NCBI GenBank assembly: GCA_964366325.1
Contig: CAYITD010000004.1
Coordinates: 10,712-74,711 of the forward strand
Origin: Candidatus Woesearchaeota archaeon
Lineage (GTDB): Archaea; Nanobdellota; Nanobdellia; Pacearchaeales; GW2011-AR1
Direction: 5' to 3'
DNA length: 64,000 bases
Shown here: positions 39,164 through 48,544 of the stretch, in pieces
How the letters are laid out: each line of letters opens with the position of its first letter
How positions within the stretch are numbered: position 1 is the first letter of the stretch
Notes under the pieces: model-generated
The model's input: the letters and a program-made list of their open reading frames with translations, nothing else
The model's database searches: none
Told to the model about the DNA's origin: nothing
Translations under genes and position numbers: made by a program

Positions 39164-40015
39164 ATGACACAGAAAGAAACGAGCAAGATATTTACTAAAG
39201 GAGAACTGAAAGTTATGAACAAGAGACTTAGGAATGAGCGATTGACACAACAGGATTCAAATTATCTTAGTAAATTTATTAGGCCTAAACTAAAGGAGAT
39301 TAGGGAGACGAATGCGGGCTATTTGCTTGATAATTTGGAATACAATCAAAAGGCGTTGTCAATTGAAAACAAGATAAGAGAAGAGTTGATGAAGAAAATA
39401 AAGGAAGTGGACTCGATAACTCTCTATGGTTCTGTTGTTCAGAACAATTATAAGAAGTATAATGATATTGATATCTTAGTTTTGGTTAATAAGAAATTCT
39501 GGAATAAACTTGGAGAGAAGTATAGAACCATATTGGAAATTAAGAAAATGTTGAAGAAACGTTCTATTAGAGTTGATTTGGAGATATATTATAAAAATGA
39601 TTTTGAAAGAGCATATTTTTCTAGTCCTTCTTTGATTTATCAATTGAAAGATAGAAAAACTATTTATGGAAATCTAGATTTGTCTAATAAATTTGAGATA
39701 TCTAAAATTGATTTAAGGATGAAAGCAGATTATAGCATTATAGAAGAAGATTCTTCAAGCCTTGAGATATATAAAGCGATTAGGAATATAATTTTGATTC
39801 GATTGATTTTAATGAAAGTAGTTGATAATAATGAATTATATAAAACAATTAATGAAGAGCTTGGTGGAAACTTGGTAATGAGGTTAAAGGAGAATAGGGC
39901 TTCTTCTATTGATAGGAAAATAGCAATAATGCATTTGCATAACTTGTTGAAACTCACTTTAAAATATTTGGAGAAACAAAAATGGGAAAAAATCAAATTA
40001 TGTCAAGATTCTTGA
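39164..40015 (+). CDS. Nucleotidyltransferase-domain protein
   Basis: LYGSVVQ...NDIDILVL motif; last 4 residues contributed by inserted element. Confidence 0.8.
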   Translation: MTQKETSKIFTKGELKVMNKRLRNERLTQQDSNYLSKFIRPKLKEIRETNAGYLLDNLEYNQKALSIENKIREELMKKIKEVDSITLYGSVVQNNYKKYNDIDILVLVNKKFWNKLGEKYRTILEIKKMLKKRSIRVDLEIYYKNDFERAYFSSPSLIYQLKDRKTIYGNLDLSNKFEISKIDLRMKADYSIIEEDSSSLEIYKAIRNIILIRLILMKVVDNNELYKTINEELGGNLVMRLKENRASSIDRKIAIMHLHNLLKLTLKYLEKQKWEKIKLCQDS

Positions 40016-40356
40016 ATAGGAATCTTGAGCATCCAAAAGTTCAGAACAAACATAAAAACTTTTTGATAAGATCGTTAGGAAGATGCATTGGAAATGTGGT
40101 TATGCATAAATTGTTGTTAGAATACACCAACAAACCAGAATCTAAGGGTTTTATAAAAAATGAAATAAAGGAGTATAGTTCTGATGCATTTGAGAAGGCT
40201 CAAGAATTTAATTGGAATGTTGAAGATAAAGAAGAGATTAAAGAACTTGCGATTGAGAGAGTAAAAAATCTTAGTGAAGGCTACAAGGATGTTGTTTATA
40301 CAGATGAGAAAATGGAAAAATTTATTGATGAAACTATAGAAGAGATGATGCTGTGA
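39982..40356 (+). CDS. Hypothetical helical protein carrying a 22-codon in-frame element insertion
   Basis: Without 40002-40067 it reads MGKNQIIRSLGRCIGNVVMHKLL. Confidence 0.7.
   Translation: MGKNQIMSRFLNRNLEHPKVQNKHKNFLIRSLGRCIGNVVMHKLLLEYTNKPESKGFIKNEIKEYSSDAFEKAQEFNWNVEDKEEIKELAIERVKNLSEGYKDVVYTDEKMEKFIDETIEEMML
40002..40067 (+). mobile_element. 66-nt double-hairpin insertion element (subfamily 2)
   Basis: TTAT|GTCAAGATTC...GAATCTTGAGCATCCAAAAGTT...AACTTTTTGAT; 18-nt core identical to 48634 copy. Confidence 0.78.
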
Positions 40357-40392
40357 TAAAATATTTAAACAACATTGATTTTTAGAAATATT

Positions 40393-40548
40393 ATGATTAG
40401 AAAAATAATGGGTGAGAAGACTGAAAAACATCTGAAAGAAAAAGAACAGGAAGAAATAAGAAAAAGAATGCTTGAAAAATTGGACAAAGGATATCACATG
40501 GGGAAGGGATTAATAAAACATAGAGATGAATTTTATGATAGGAAATGA
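40393..40548 (+). CDS. 51-aa antitoxin-like ORF (not in track), possibly a VapB-type remnant
   Basis: MIRKIMGEKT...LDKGYHMGKGLIKHRDEFYDRK*. Confidence 0.45.
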   Translation: MIRKIMGEKTEKHLKEKEQEEIRKRMLEKLDKGYHMGKGLIKHRDEFYDRK

Positions 40549-40576
40549 TCACATTTTTTGTTAGATAATTTTACAC

Positions 40577-41149
40577 TCACGAAAGATCATCAAGGATTTC
40601 AATTTCTCTATTTGAACTAATATGCTTGAACTTTTCATTTTCGCCTTGTTTTTTGGAATCCTTGGGTATCATTTGAGATACTGATTTACTAAAATCTTTT
40701 CCGTCTTTTCTTAAGTTGATGCTGAGAGCTTGCTGGATTTTATTTATTAAGACAAAGTCTGTTGAGGGAAGGACGCCAAATTCTATTTTTTCTATAGACT
40801 CTTCTGATTCACCAATCATTTTTGATAGTTGTTTTCTTGTTACGCCTTTTTTTCTTCTTTCTGTGCGAATATGCCAGTGGAAATTTTCTATTAGCTCTGA
40901 TAGAACTTGTTTTTCTTTCCAGTTCATTGGCTTTTTTAAGTATTCAAGAGGATGTTCCTTTCCTTTCCCCATCATAGAAGTTGGAACTTTTCCTACTTTA
41001 GGGTCTCCAAAGTTTTTTATTTCTTTGATGGTTTCTCTTTTTAGAATTGGTAAATTCTCTCTCTTTGCGTAGTTTTCTGTTACTGAGACTATGCGTCCAT
41101 CCTCTATTGCTTCAACCATCTTTTCTGTTCTCTCTTCTAAGATCTCCAT
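40577..41149 (-). CDS. MBF1-like helix-turn-helix protein
   Basis: IRTERRKKGVTRKQLSKMIGESEESIEKIEFG. Confidence 0.75.
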   Translation of the reverse strand: MEILEERTEKMVEAIEDGRIVSVTENYAKRENLPILKRETIKEIKNFGDPKVGKVPTSMMGKGKEHPLEYLKKPMNWKEKQVLSELIENFHWHIRTERRKKGVTRKQLSKMIGESEESIEKIEFGVLPSTDFVLINKIQQALSINLRKDGKDFSKSVSQMIPKDSKKQGENEKFKHISSNREIEILDDLS

Positions 41150-41173
41150 GGTTTTTGTTAGGATAGGGGGTTT

Positions 41174-41875
41174 TTATTGTTTATTGCTCTGGAAGATAAC
41201 ATTTTCTAGGTCATTTATATCGTTTACCTCTATTATTTTTGAATCATAGACTACTGTAGGAACATTATCTATTTCGTATTCTAACTTTAAATTTTGTATT
41301 ATTTTAGACTGAAGATTAGAATCAAATGAGTATATCATTAACTTTGATTTGTATTTATTTTTTAGTGCCGATAGTATATTTCCTACTTTTTCACTTTCTT
41401 TTTCTTCATTTTTTGAGTTGGAATATATAAAAAGAACAATTTTCAGATCAGTGCTGCATTTTTCTTTCAACTTTTTCATTATTGTATAATGTTTATATTC
41501 TAAATCTGTGTAAATTATTTTTTGCTCTAGTACTCTGAAATCATTTTTTCCAAACCTAGTTTCTAAAAGAGATAGTTTTGATCCTGCATCGTCTAGTTTT
41601 TCTGAGGATTCTACAAAGATATTTTCATCACATGAACTGTCGTTTAGATATTTTTCTAATTCTATATTGTAATTTTTAATTATGTTGTTTGTTATATTAA
41701 TTTTCTGATAGTTGAGGTAGGAAACGGAACTTGCTAGGCTAAATATTATTATATAAATCAGAGTTGCGACTAAAAAAGCCAATATCAGTCTTGCACCGTA
41801 TGCTGGTCTATCTTTCATTCTTTTCTCCAAACAACTTTTTTGTTGAATAGTATATACAAAAAGGAAAATATCCAC
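41174..41875 (-). CDS. Membrane-anchored hypothetical protein with thioredoxin-like C-terminus
   Basis: N-terminal TM; IYSFDSN...YEIDNVPTVV. Confidence 0.6.
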   Translation of the reverse strand: MDIFLFVYTIQQKSCLEKRMKDRPAYGARLILAFLVATLIYIIIFSLASSVSYLNYQKINITNNIIKNYNIELEKYLNDSSCDENIFVESSEKLDDAGSKLSLLETRFGKNDFRVLEQKIIYTDLEYKHYTIMKKLKEKCSTDLKIVLFIYSNSKNEEKESEKVGNILSALKNKYKSKLMIYSFDSNLQSKIIQNLKLEYEIDNVPTVVYDSKIIEVNDINDLENVIFQSNKQ

Positions 41876-43068
41876 CAGATTGTAAACAGTATAGAATAGA
41901 AAAAGATGAACATAATAAAATTAATTTTTAAATTATCAGTGTATTGCATTTGCTTTCTCGAGAAAAACATATAAAAAATAAGTAAAAATATAAAAATTAT
42001 ACTTATGAGGAATGTTGGAGAACTGAAGATTCTATAAAAAAAGGTTTCAATTATATATTTATTTATGTCTATAGAATCTTGGAACCTGAAATTTATTGCT
42101 TGCAGAGAGATTATCTCATCTTTTATATCAATAGAAGTTTTTATCACGACATAAGAAGTTAGAATTACTGAGAGTAAAATCGTGGAAACTGCTACAGGTA
42201 AAACGAGATAACCCAAAGGACCTTTTTTGAATCCAAACAATTTTTTATAGCTCCAGAGATTTTTTACAAGGCCAGTGTACCAGCGCCTTCTTTGAACCAA
42301 CAAACTACGGAAACTTTTAGGAGCTATCGTGTACACAACTGATTTTGGAGAATTTTCTATGATAAAATTTTTGCTTTGGATTCTTAGTGCTATTTCAAGA
42401 TCTTCTGTTATGTTCTTTTCATCATAACCTCCATATTTCTCGAAAAAGGATTTTCTATAGGCTGAAAAAGCTCCAGGAGTTATGTGTATTGCATTCATTG
42501 TGGCGAATGATTTTCTTAGGAAAACTCCCATGTAATATTCTATTTGTTGTATTCTCTGCAGAAAACCAGAGGGTTTGTAAACACCCATAGAAGGAGTTAC
42601 AGCCATCACTTTTTCATTTTTAAAGTAATAAACCATTTTTTTTAATGCATCTGGACTAACGAAACTGTCTGCGTCCATTGAAACAATAATTTCACCTGAA
42701 GCGTTTTTTATTCCAAGATTAAGAGCAGTTCCTTTTCCTCCGTTCTTTTTTGTTAGAACTTTTACAACTAGATTTTGGTTAGAAGCGAATCTTTTTGCTA
42801 GTTCATATGTTTTATCTTTACTTCCATCATCTATTATTATAACTTCTAATTTATCTTTAGGATAATTTAAAGAAAGGGCAGATTTTATTGTCTTTTCAAT
42901 GCTTTTTTCTTCATTATAAGCTGGAATTAAAATTGTTACTTTTTTTTCAATACTTTCTCTTTCTGATTGTCTTCTCTTATAATATGCAAATAAGTTTATT
43001 ACATAAAAAGAGCTCGCTACAAAACCTATATAGGCTAAAATGTAGACTAAGACGTTGTAGAAATCCAT
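41815..43068 (-). CDS. Processive glycosyltransferase family 2
   Basis: PAYNEE, IDDGSKD, KNGGKG, DADS, TED, QRRRW, C-terminal TMs. Confidence 0.92.
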   Translation of the reverse strand: MDFYNVLVYILAYIGFVASSFYVINLFAYYKRRQSERESIEKKVTILIPAYNEEKSIEKTIKSALSLNYPKDKLEVIIIDDGSKDKTYELAKRFASNQNLVVKVLTKKNGGKGTALNLGIKNASGEIIVSMDADSFVSPDALKKMVYYFKNEKVMAVTPSMGVYKPSGFLQRIQQIEYYMGVFLRKSFATMNAIHITPGAFSAYRKSFFEKYGGYDEKNITEDLEIALRIQSKNFIIENSPKSVVYTIAPKSFRSLLVQRRRWYTGLVKNLWSYKKLFGFKKGPLGYLVLPVAVSTILLSVILTSYVVIKTSIDIKDEIISLQAINFRFQDSIDINKYIIETFFYRIFSSPTFLISIIFIFLLIFYMFFSRKQMQYTDNLKINFIMFIFFYSILFTIWWIFSFLYILFNKKVVWRKE

Positions 43069-43072
43069 TTTT

Positions 43073-43588
43073 TTAACTCCCTTCTTTGTTAAGATGGAAA
43101 TATTCGTGAAATGCTTCCGTTAAGGAAAGTTCATATGTATGGCCTGTTTTTTTCTTGTTTATTAAACCTATTTCTAAGAATCTTTTTATATGGTCATAAG
43201 CTTTATTTCCTCTGATTTTTATTATTGCTGACTGCTTTATTGGTTGTTTATATGCAATCATTGCCAGAGTTTCTTGTTCTGCTTTTTTGAATTCTGATGT
43301 CCCTGTTGCAAGTTTGTTTACCATCCAAACATAACTCTCGGCAACATCCATTTTCCAAGAGTTTTCTTTTTCTATTAGATTTACACCAGAATCTTTATAT
43401 TTATCTTTTAAATCGTATAAGGTTTTTTTAAGTAATATAGGATTTATATCTGTTAAAGACACTAATTCTTGCAGAGACATAAGCCTTCCTGCTAGAAACA
43501 GGGCTGCTTCAACCTTTTTCTGATTTTCAATATCTATTTCAGAATCAAGCTCTTGTATATTTTCAGAGGTTATATTTTCAAAAGTCAT
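43073..43588 (-). CDS. scpB: SMC-Scp complex subunit ScpB
   Basis: VEAALFLAG, ETLAMIAYKQPI..S.IIKIRG. Confidence 0.9.
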   Translation of the reverse strand: MTFENITSENIQELDSEIDIENQKKVEAALFLAGRLMSLQELVSLTDINPILLKKTLYDLKDKYKDSGVNLIEKENSWKMDVAESYVWMVNKLATGTSEFKKAEQETLAMIAYKQPIKQSAIIKIRGNKAYDHIKRFLEIGLINKKKTGHTYELSLTEAFHEYFHLNKEGS

Positions 43589-43639
43589 ATTTATCTTAGG
43601 AAATGGCTATTTTTAAGATTTTATATGGGCTTATTCTGT

Positions 43640-44212
43640 TTAGGAGACAAAAAATATGAGCAAACCTTCTATGATTGCGGCTATAATTAGGAGAGGAATT
43701 ATTACCAAAAGCAGGGTATTTGCTGAGCTATATAAGTTTTCTTTGAAAGTTTTGTTTTTTGAGATTAGAGAGAAACCTAGTTTTATACCCAATCCGAAGG
43801 ATATGAATACGGCTGGAAGTTCAAATATTCCATGCGGAATTAAACGCCATAGATCCGTTAGACTTGATGTATATTTTGATACTACATATCCAAGAATTAT
43901 ACCATTATAGAAACAGATTAGCATTACGAATATTCCGAAAAATATTCCTACGATTATTGAGAATATGGAAATTTGCAAGTTGTTTTGCAAGATGAAGAAA
44001 ATTCTTTCAAGAGGATTCAAACTAACAGATTTGAGTATGAGTTCTTTTAATTTACTGTCTAGGAAAGAAAGATTGTCTTTGAAAATTATTCCGAATAGTA
44101 TACCTATGAGAAAGATTAGTATTGAACAATAGATATATTTTTTTGATTCTTTTAAATATAAAATTGCTTCATTGAACTGCTTTTTCACGCTTAATTTTTT
44201 TTCTTTTCTCAT
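43640..44212 (-). CDS. SpoIIM-like membrane protein
   Basis: FILQNN, NGIILG, LIPHGIFELPA, AAIIEG. Confidence 0.9.
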   Translation of the reverse strand: MRKEKKLSVKKQFNEAILYLKESKKYIYCSILIFLIGILFGIIFKDNLSFLDSKLKELILKSVSLNPLERIFFILQNNLQISIFSIIVGIFFGIFVMLICFYNGIILGYVVSKYTSSLTDLWRLIPHGIFELPAVFISFGLGIKLGFSLISKNKTFKENLYSSANTLLLVIIPLLIIAAIIEGLLIFFVS

Positions 44213-44913
44213 CTGAACATTTTTTGTAATTTGTTTATTTTGTTTCGATACTTCATTTTTAAAAATAGTCCATAAACCAGACCAGCAAGCAAACCTCCAA
44301 AGTGAGCTACATTTCCTATTGGCAAGTTTCCTATTATTGAGGCTATCCAGAAAACACCAAGTGCAAGAGGAATCATTACATAGGCTGGTAAAGTGAAGAA
44401 TGGAAGGAAGATTATCATAAACCTTAAACGAGGAAGAAGCATCACATATAGGCCTGCAATCGCGAATATGGCTCCAGATGCCCCTATCATTGCTATGTTT
44501 GGAGAACCAAAAATCCTTTCACCTATTGCAGTATTACCAAAGAGGAGAGAGAGGAATACTGAGAGAAGGCCTGCAAATACGCCCGAAATTATATAGAACC
44601 AGAGAAATCTTTTTTTGCCTATTATTTTTTCACATAGGGAACCTAGGGAGAAAAGTGCGAACATGTTTATGACTAAATGGATTGCTAGTACATGTGTGAA
44701 CATATGAGTTAATAGTGTCCAAAGATATTTCCCTTTTATTATATTAGAAGGATTTAATGCGAGGTAGTCTATGAAGTTGATATTGAGGCTAGCAAGAATT
44801 AGAGTTAGAAGGTATATTGCTACGTTTAATACTATGATTTTAGCTACTAGAGAAAGATTTTTTACTTTACCTATCAAATTCCTCTTTTTTTTATTATAAA
44901 AATAGTTGTTCAT
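44209..44913 (-). CDS. Rhomboid intramembrane serine protease
   Basis: HMFTH...HL..NM, GASGA, AHFGG. Confidence 0.95.
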   Translation of the reverse strand: MNNYFYNKKKRNLIGKVKNLSLVAKIIVLNVAIYLLTLILASLNINFIDYLALNPSNIIKGKYLWTLLTHMFTHVLAIHLVINMFALFSLGSLCEKIIGKKRFLWFYIISGVFAGLLSVFLSLLFGNTAIGERIFGSPNIAMIGASGAIFAIAGLYVMLLPRLRFMIIFLPFFTLPAYVMIPLALGVFWIASIIGNLPIGNVAHFGGLLAGLVYGLFLKMKYRNKINKLQKMFR

Positions 44914-44916
44914 ATT

Positions 44917-45627
44917 TTATTTCTTTTTTGCTTTTTTCTTGTCTTTTGGCTTTTTTAAAGGTTTTTTCTTCTTTTCTTTTTTTTGAATTTTTGCCTTTTC
45001 TTTATCTCTTTCAGCTTTCTTTCTTTTTCTTTCTAAATCTTTCTCTTTCTCTTCTTCTCTTCTCTTTTTTTGTGAGACTTTTTCTTCTTTTTCTTCTATG
45101 ACTACTATCTCTTTATTTATTTCTTCTAAGACTTCTTCTAATTTTTTTATTTCTTTTAAAATTCCTTCTTGCATTTGCGAAGTATCTCTAAGAATAAGTA
45201 CTTCTCCTGTTTCAGGGCATATGAAATTGTTTTGCAGGGCTTCTTCTTCACTGTATTCTACTTCTATACTAGGGCTGTAATAATACCTTTCTTTTTTTCT
45301 GGTTTGCGATTCTTCTTTGAGTCTTCTTATTTCATGCAACGTTTCTTCTTGCGATTTTTGCAGGATTCTTTTTACTTTAAGAGTCCAGAAATATATATAC
45401 CATCCACCTTTTTTCTTATCTTTCTTTCTTGTGAATTCTACTAATCCTTCGTCAGCTAGTTTGTACAGAACATTTCTAGTTTGGTTTATTGTTAGACCGA
45501 GTTTTTCTGAAATGATAAATTCGTTAACCTTTTGTTTGCCGTACAAAATATCTATTAATTTTTCTCCATTGGGTCCTATGACTTTTAACAATATTTTTTT
45601 TAATATACGTATAAGTTTTTCTTGCAT
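44917..45627 (-). CDS. tfe: Transcription factor E (TFIIE alpha) with charged C-terminal tail
   Basis: ISEKLGLTINQTRNVLYKL, GWYIYFW, FICPETG. Confidence 0.88.
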   Translation of the reverse strand: MQEKLIRILKKILLKVIGPNGEKLIDILYGKQKVNEFIISEKLGLTINQTRNVLYKLADEGLVEFTRKKDKKKGGWYIYFWTLKVKRILQKSQEETLHEIRRLKEESQTRKKERYYYSPSIEVEYSEEEALQNNFICPETGEVLILRDTSQMQEGILKEIKKLEEVLEEINKEIVVIEEKEEKVSQKKRREEEKEKDLERKRKKAERDKEKAKIQKKEKKKKPLKKPKDKKKAKKK

Positions 45628-45746
45628 TTATATTTTTGAGGATTTTCAATTAAAAACCTTTCTGTGGTGCTAATAAAATTATTAGTTTTTGTAGTCATTT
45701 GCTAATTAATATAAATGTATATAAATTAGTTTAAAAAGCTAGTGTT

Positions 45747-46337
45747 ATGCCTTTGCGAACAAATGATAATTTGGATGATTTACCTGATTTGCCTCCTTTG
45801 AGAACTCCTTTTTCTTCTAATAGCTCGATACCTTCTGTTACGGAGATTGAGGGTGAGGAGATACATAATCTTCCGTCTTTCCCAGATTCTCCTGCACACA
45901 ATAGTTTTTCGCAAGCAGTTATAAAAGAAGCGGTAAGTGATAGGCATGACACTGGAGAAAATGTTTTAGAGATGAGAGAGTGGACTCCTACGAAATTTAA
46001 AGATTCTCAGGGTGCAAGGCAACCTGACCAGAGCAAAGATTTTTTGACTAACAGCGACTATGTTGAGAGAAATAATTTTAACAAACCTATAGTTAGAAAC
46101 AGAGGTGATATGAACAAAGGCCCTGATGTTTTTGTTAAAATTGATAAATTTTATTCTGCTAAAAAAACTATTAGTGATGTAAAGGCTAAACTTGAGGAGA
46201 TAGATTCCCTTATCAATAAAGTTAGGGAAGTCAAATTGAGAGAGGAACAGGAGCTGTCTTCTTGGGAAAGGGAATTTAATGATATAAAGACTAGGCTCAA
46301 AGAAGTTACTGAGAATATATTTGAGAGAGTTGAGTAA
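45747..46337 (+). CDS. Hypothetical protein (Pro-rich N-terminus, coiled-coil C-terminus)
   Basis: PDVFVKIDKF...EEQELSSWE. Confidence 0.7.
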   Translation: MPLRTNDNLDDLPDLPPLRTPFSSNSSIPSVTEIEGEEIHNLPSFPDSPAHNSFSQAVIKEAVSDRHDTGENVLEMREWTPTKFKDSQGARQPDQSKDFLTNSDYVERNNFNKPIVRNRGDMNKGPDVFVKIDKFYSAKKTISDVKAKLEEIDSLINKVREVKLREEQELSSWEREFNDIKTRLKEVTENIFERVE

Positions 46338-46674
46338 AATGGGATCAGAATATGTTGGAATTTCTTCCCTTGATATGAATAGATCAAAGACAGTCGTTTT
46401 GCAGGTTCATCTTGAGATACTGAATTTGCTTAGGAGCTTTTCAGCCTATAAGGATTTGCGTTCGGAGGAGTTAACGGTAAAAGTTGCTTTGAAAAGCAAA
46501 ATAGGTGAGGCTTTTGATTTATTGCATAAACTAGATAAGCAACTTCCTCACCCTAAGTATAAGACTCCTTTATTTAGTCAAGAAAGTAAGAGAACTATAG
46601 AACGCAACTTATCTCTGGAAGAAGAGATTGAGGATATAACGAGAAAGTTACACGCTTTACAAACAGAGATTTAG
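46321..46674 (+). CDS. Hypothetical protein
   Basis: Overlaps upstream gene; coiled-coil end; likely ATG at 46339. Confidence 0.65.
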   Translation: MRELSKMGSEYVGISSLDMNRSKTVVLQVHLEILNLLRSFSAYKDLRSEELTVKVALKSKIGEAFDLLHKLDKQLPHPKYKTPLFSQESKRTIERNLSLEEEIEDITRKLHALQTEI

Positions 46675-46739
46675 AAAAGGGATTCAGAGATTTAGAAAAG
46701 GGATTCAGAGATTTAGAAAAGGGATTCAAAGATTTTAAA
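46664..46739. repeat. 21-bp tandem repeat, 3 perfect copies plus a partial
   Basis: CAGAGATTTAGAAAAGGGATT at 46664, 46685 and 46706. Confidence 0.95.
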
Positions 46740-46762
46740 TATTGTAGAAAGTTTTTGTTTGT

Positions 46763-48544
46763 ATGGTAAAAACTAGACAAGAGCTTATAGAATTTTATTT
46801 GGATTTTTTCAATAGAAACAACCATGCTATTATTCCTTCTGCTTCTATTGTTCCAGATAATGATTCTAGTGTTCTCTTTACTACTGCAGGCATGCAGCCT
46901 CTTACGCCTTTTCTTCTTGGTCAAAAACACCCTCTTGGAAACAGAGTTTGCAGTGTGCAGAAGTGCATAAGGACTGGAGATATAGAGGAGGTTGGAGATG
47001 AAGTTCACCATACTTTTTTTGAAATGCTTGGAAATTGGAGTTTTGGAGATTATTTTAAAGAAGAAGCTATAATTTATAGTTTTGAATTTTTAACTAAATT
47101 TCTTGGAATTCCTAAAGAAAAGCTGGCTGTTAGCTGCTTTTCTGGAGATGATTCTATTGAAAGAGATGAAGTATCTTTTGAGATTTGGGGATCTTTAGGA
47201 ATTCAAAGGGAAAGAATAAAATTCTTGCCTAGAGAAAATAATTGGTGGGGGCCTGCTGGAGAGACAGGACCATGCGGGCCAGATACTGAAATTTTTTATT
47301 GGACTAAAAAAGGTAAAGCTCCGAAAGTTTTTGATCCTATTGATAAAAATTGGGTCGAGATATGGAATGATGTTTTTATGCAATATGAAAAAACAAAAGA
47401 TCAAAGATATTTGATGCTGAAGCAGAAGAATGTCGATACTGGAATGGGTGTTGAGAGAACACTGGCTGCTTTGAATGGATTACAGGATAATTATAGGTCT
47501 TCTATTTTTCTTCCAGTTATAAAAGAAATAGAAAAACTCTCAAGAAAGAAATACGAAGGAAACGAAAAAGGAATGAGGATAATTGCTGATCATCTGAGAG
47601 CCTCTGCTTTCATTCTTGGGGACGATCATTCTATAAAACCTTCTAATATTGGAAGAGGTTATGTTTTAAGAAGGCTAATAAGGAGAGCTGTTAAATATGG
47701 TCTAGCTTTGGGAATAAAGGATAATTTTTGCAAGGTTGTAGGAAAAGTAATTATTGAACAGTATAATGATTATGATGAATTGAAAAGGAATAAAAAAATT
47801 ATTTTTGAGGAGCTGGAAAAAGAAGAGAAAAGGTTTAAGGAGACTTTAGAAAAAGGAATTAAAAAATTTGAAGAAATTTGCAAGTTAGCTTCTAATAAAA
47901 TATCGGGTGAAAATGCTTTTCTCCTTTTTCAAAGTTATGGCTTTCCGGTTGAAATGACTTTAGAGTTAGCTGAAGAAAAAGGAAAAGGAGTAGACTTGGA
48001 GAGTTATAAATTAGAATTTGAAAGACATCAGAAACTTAGCAGAACTTCTTCTGCAGGCATGTTTAAATCTGGATTGGCAGATAGTGGTGAGAAAACTACT
48101 AGATTACATACTGCTACTCACTTATTGAATGAGGTTTTAAGAAAAGTTTTAGAGGATAAGATAAGGCAAAGAGGATCAAATATAACTTCTGAGAGATTGA
48201 GATTTGATTTTAATTTTTCAAGAAAGTTAACTGATGAGGAAATTAAGGATATTGAAAAAATAGTTAATGAAAAGATAAATTCAGAACTTAAAGTAATAAG
48301 AGAGGAGATGGCTCTTAAGGAGGCTGTTTCTTCTGGAGCGCAATCTGAATTTGGAGCTAAATATCCTGAGAAAGTTTCCGTTTATACTATTTTGGATAAG
48401 AAAGAAAAGAAAGGGTGGTTCTCTAAGGAAGTTTGTACAGGACCTCACGTTGGGAACACAAAGGAAATAGGAAAGTTCAAGATAATTAAGGAGGAAGGAG
48501 TTGCTGCTGGAATAAGGAGGATAAAGGCGGTTGTTTTGGATTGA
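46763..48544 (+). CDS. alaS: Alanine--tRNA ligase, short form lacking C-Ala domain
   Basis: LFTTAGMQP, QKCIRTGD, HHTFFEMLGNWSFGDYFK, DTGMGVER, HTATH, CTGPH. Confidence 0.96.
   Translation: MVKTRQELIEFYLDFFNRNNHAIIPSASIVPDNDSSVLFTTAGMQPLTPFLLGQKHPLGNRVCSVQKCIRTGDIEEVGDEVHHTFFEMLGNWSFGDYFKEEAIIYSFEFLTKFLGIPKEKLAVSCFSGDDSIERDEVSFEIWGSLGIQRERIKFLPRENNWWGPAGETGPCGPDTEIFYWTKKGKAPKVFDPIDKNWVEIWNDVFMQYEKTKDQRYLMLKQKNVDTGMGVERTLAALNGLQDNYRSSIFLPVIKEIEKLSRKKYEGNEKGMRIIADHLRASAFILGDDHSIKPSNIGRGYVLRRLIRRAVKYGLALGIKDNFCKVVGKVIIEQYNDYDELKRNKKIIFEELEKEEKRFKETLEKGIKKFEEICKLASNKISGENAFLLFQSYGFPVEMTLELAEEKGKGVDLESYKLEFERHQKLSRTSSAGMFKSGLADSGEKTTRLHTATHLLNEVLRKVLEDKIRQRGSNITSERLRFDFNFSRKLTDEEIKDIEKIVNEKINSELKVIREEMALKEAVSSGAQSEFGAKYPEKVSVYTILDKKEKKGWFSKEVCTGPHVGNTKEIGKFKIIKEEGVAAGIRRIKAVVLD

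Noticed and set aside
40532-40545. 14-nt match TTTATGATAGGAAA with 48732-48745
   Set aside because: Both lie outside the element boundaries in unrelated coding frames (YDRK); plausible by chance in AT-rich DNA.
46664-46739. CRISPR array
   Set aside because: Units are directly adjacent with no spacers, and no cas genes are present.
46595-47011. 138-aa minus-strand ORF with KSLNPFS repeats
   Set aside because: Antisense to alaS and its upstream gene; the repeats just reflect the VNTR.
46763-48544. Short AlaRS as a novel or split enzyme
   Set aside because: Aminoacylation and editing domains are intact; loss of C-Ala is known in reduced genomes, and the tRNA-Ala keeps G3:U70.
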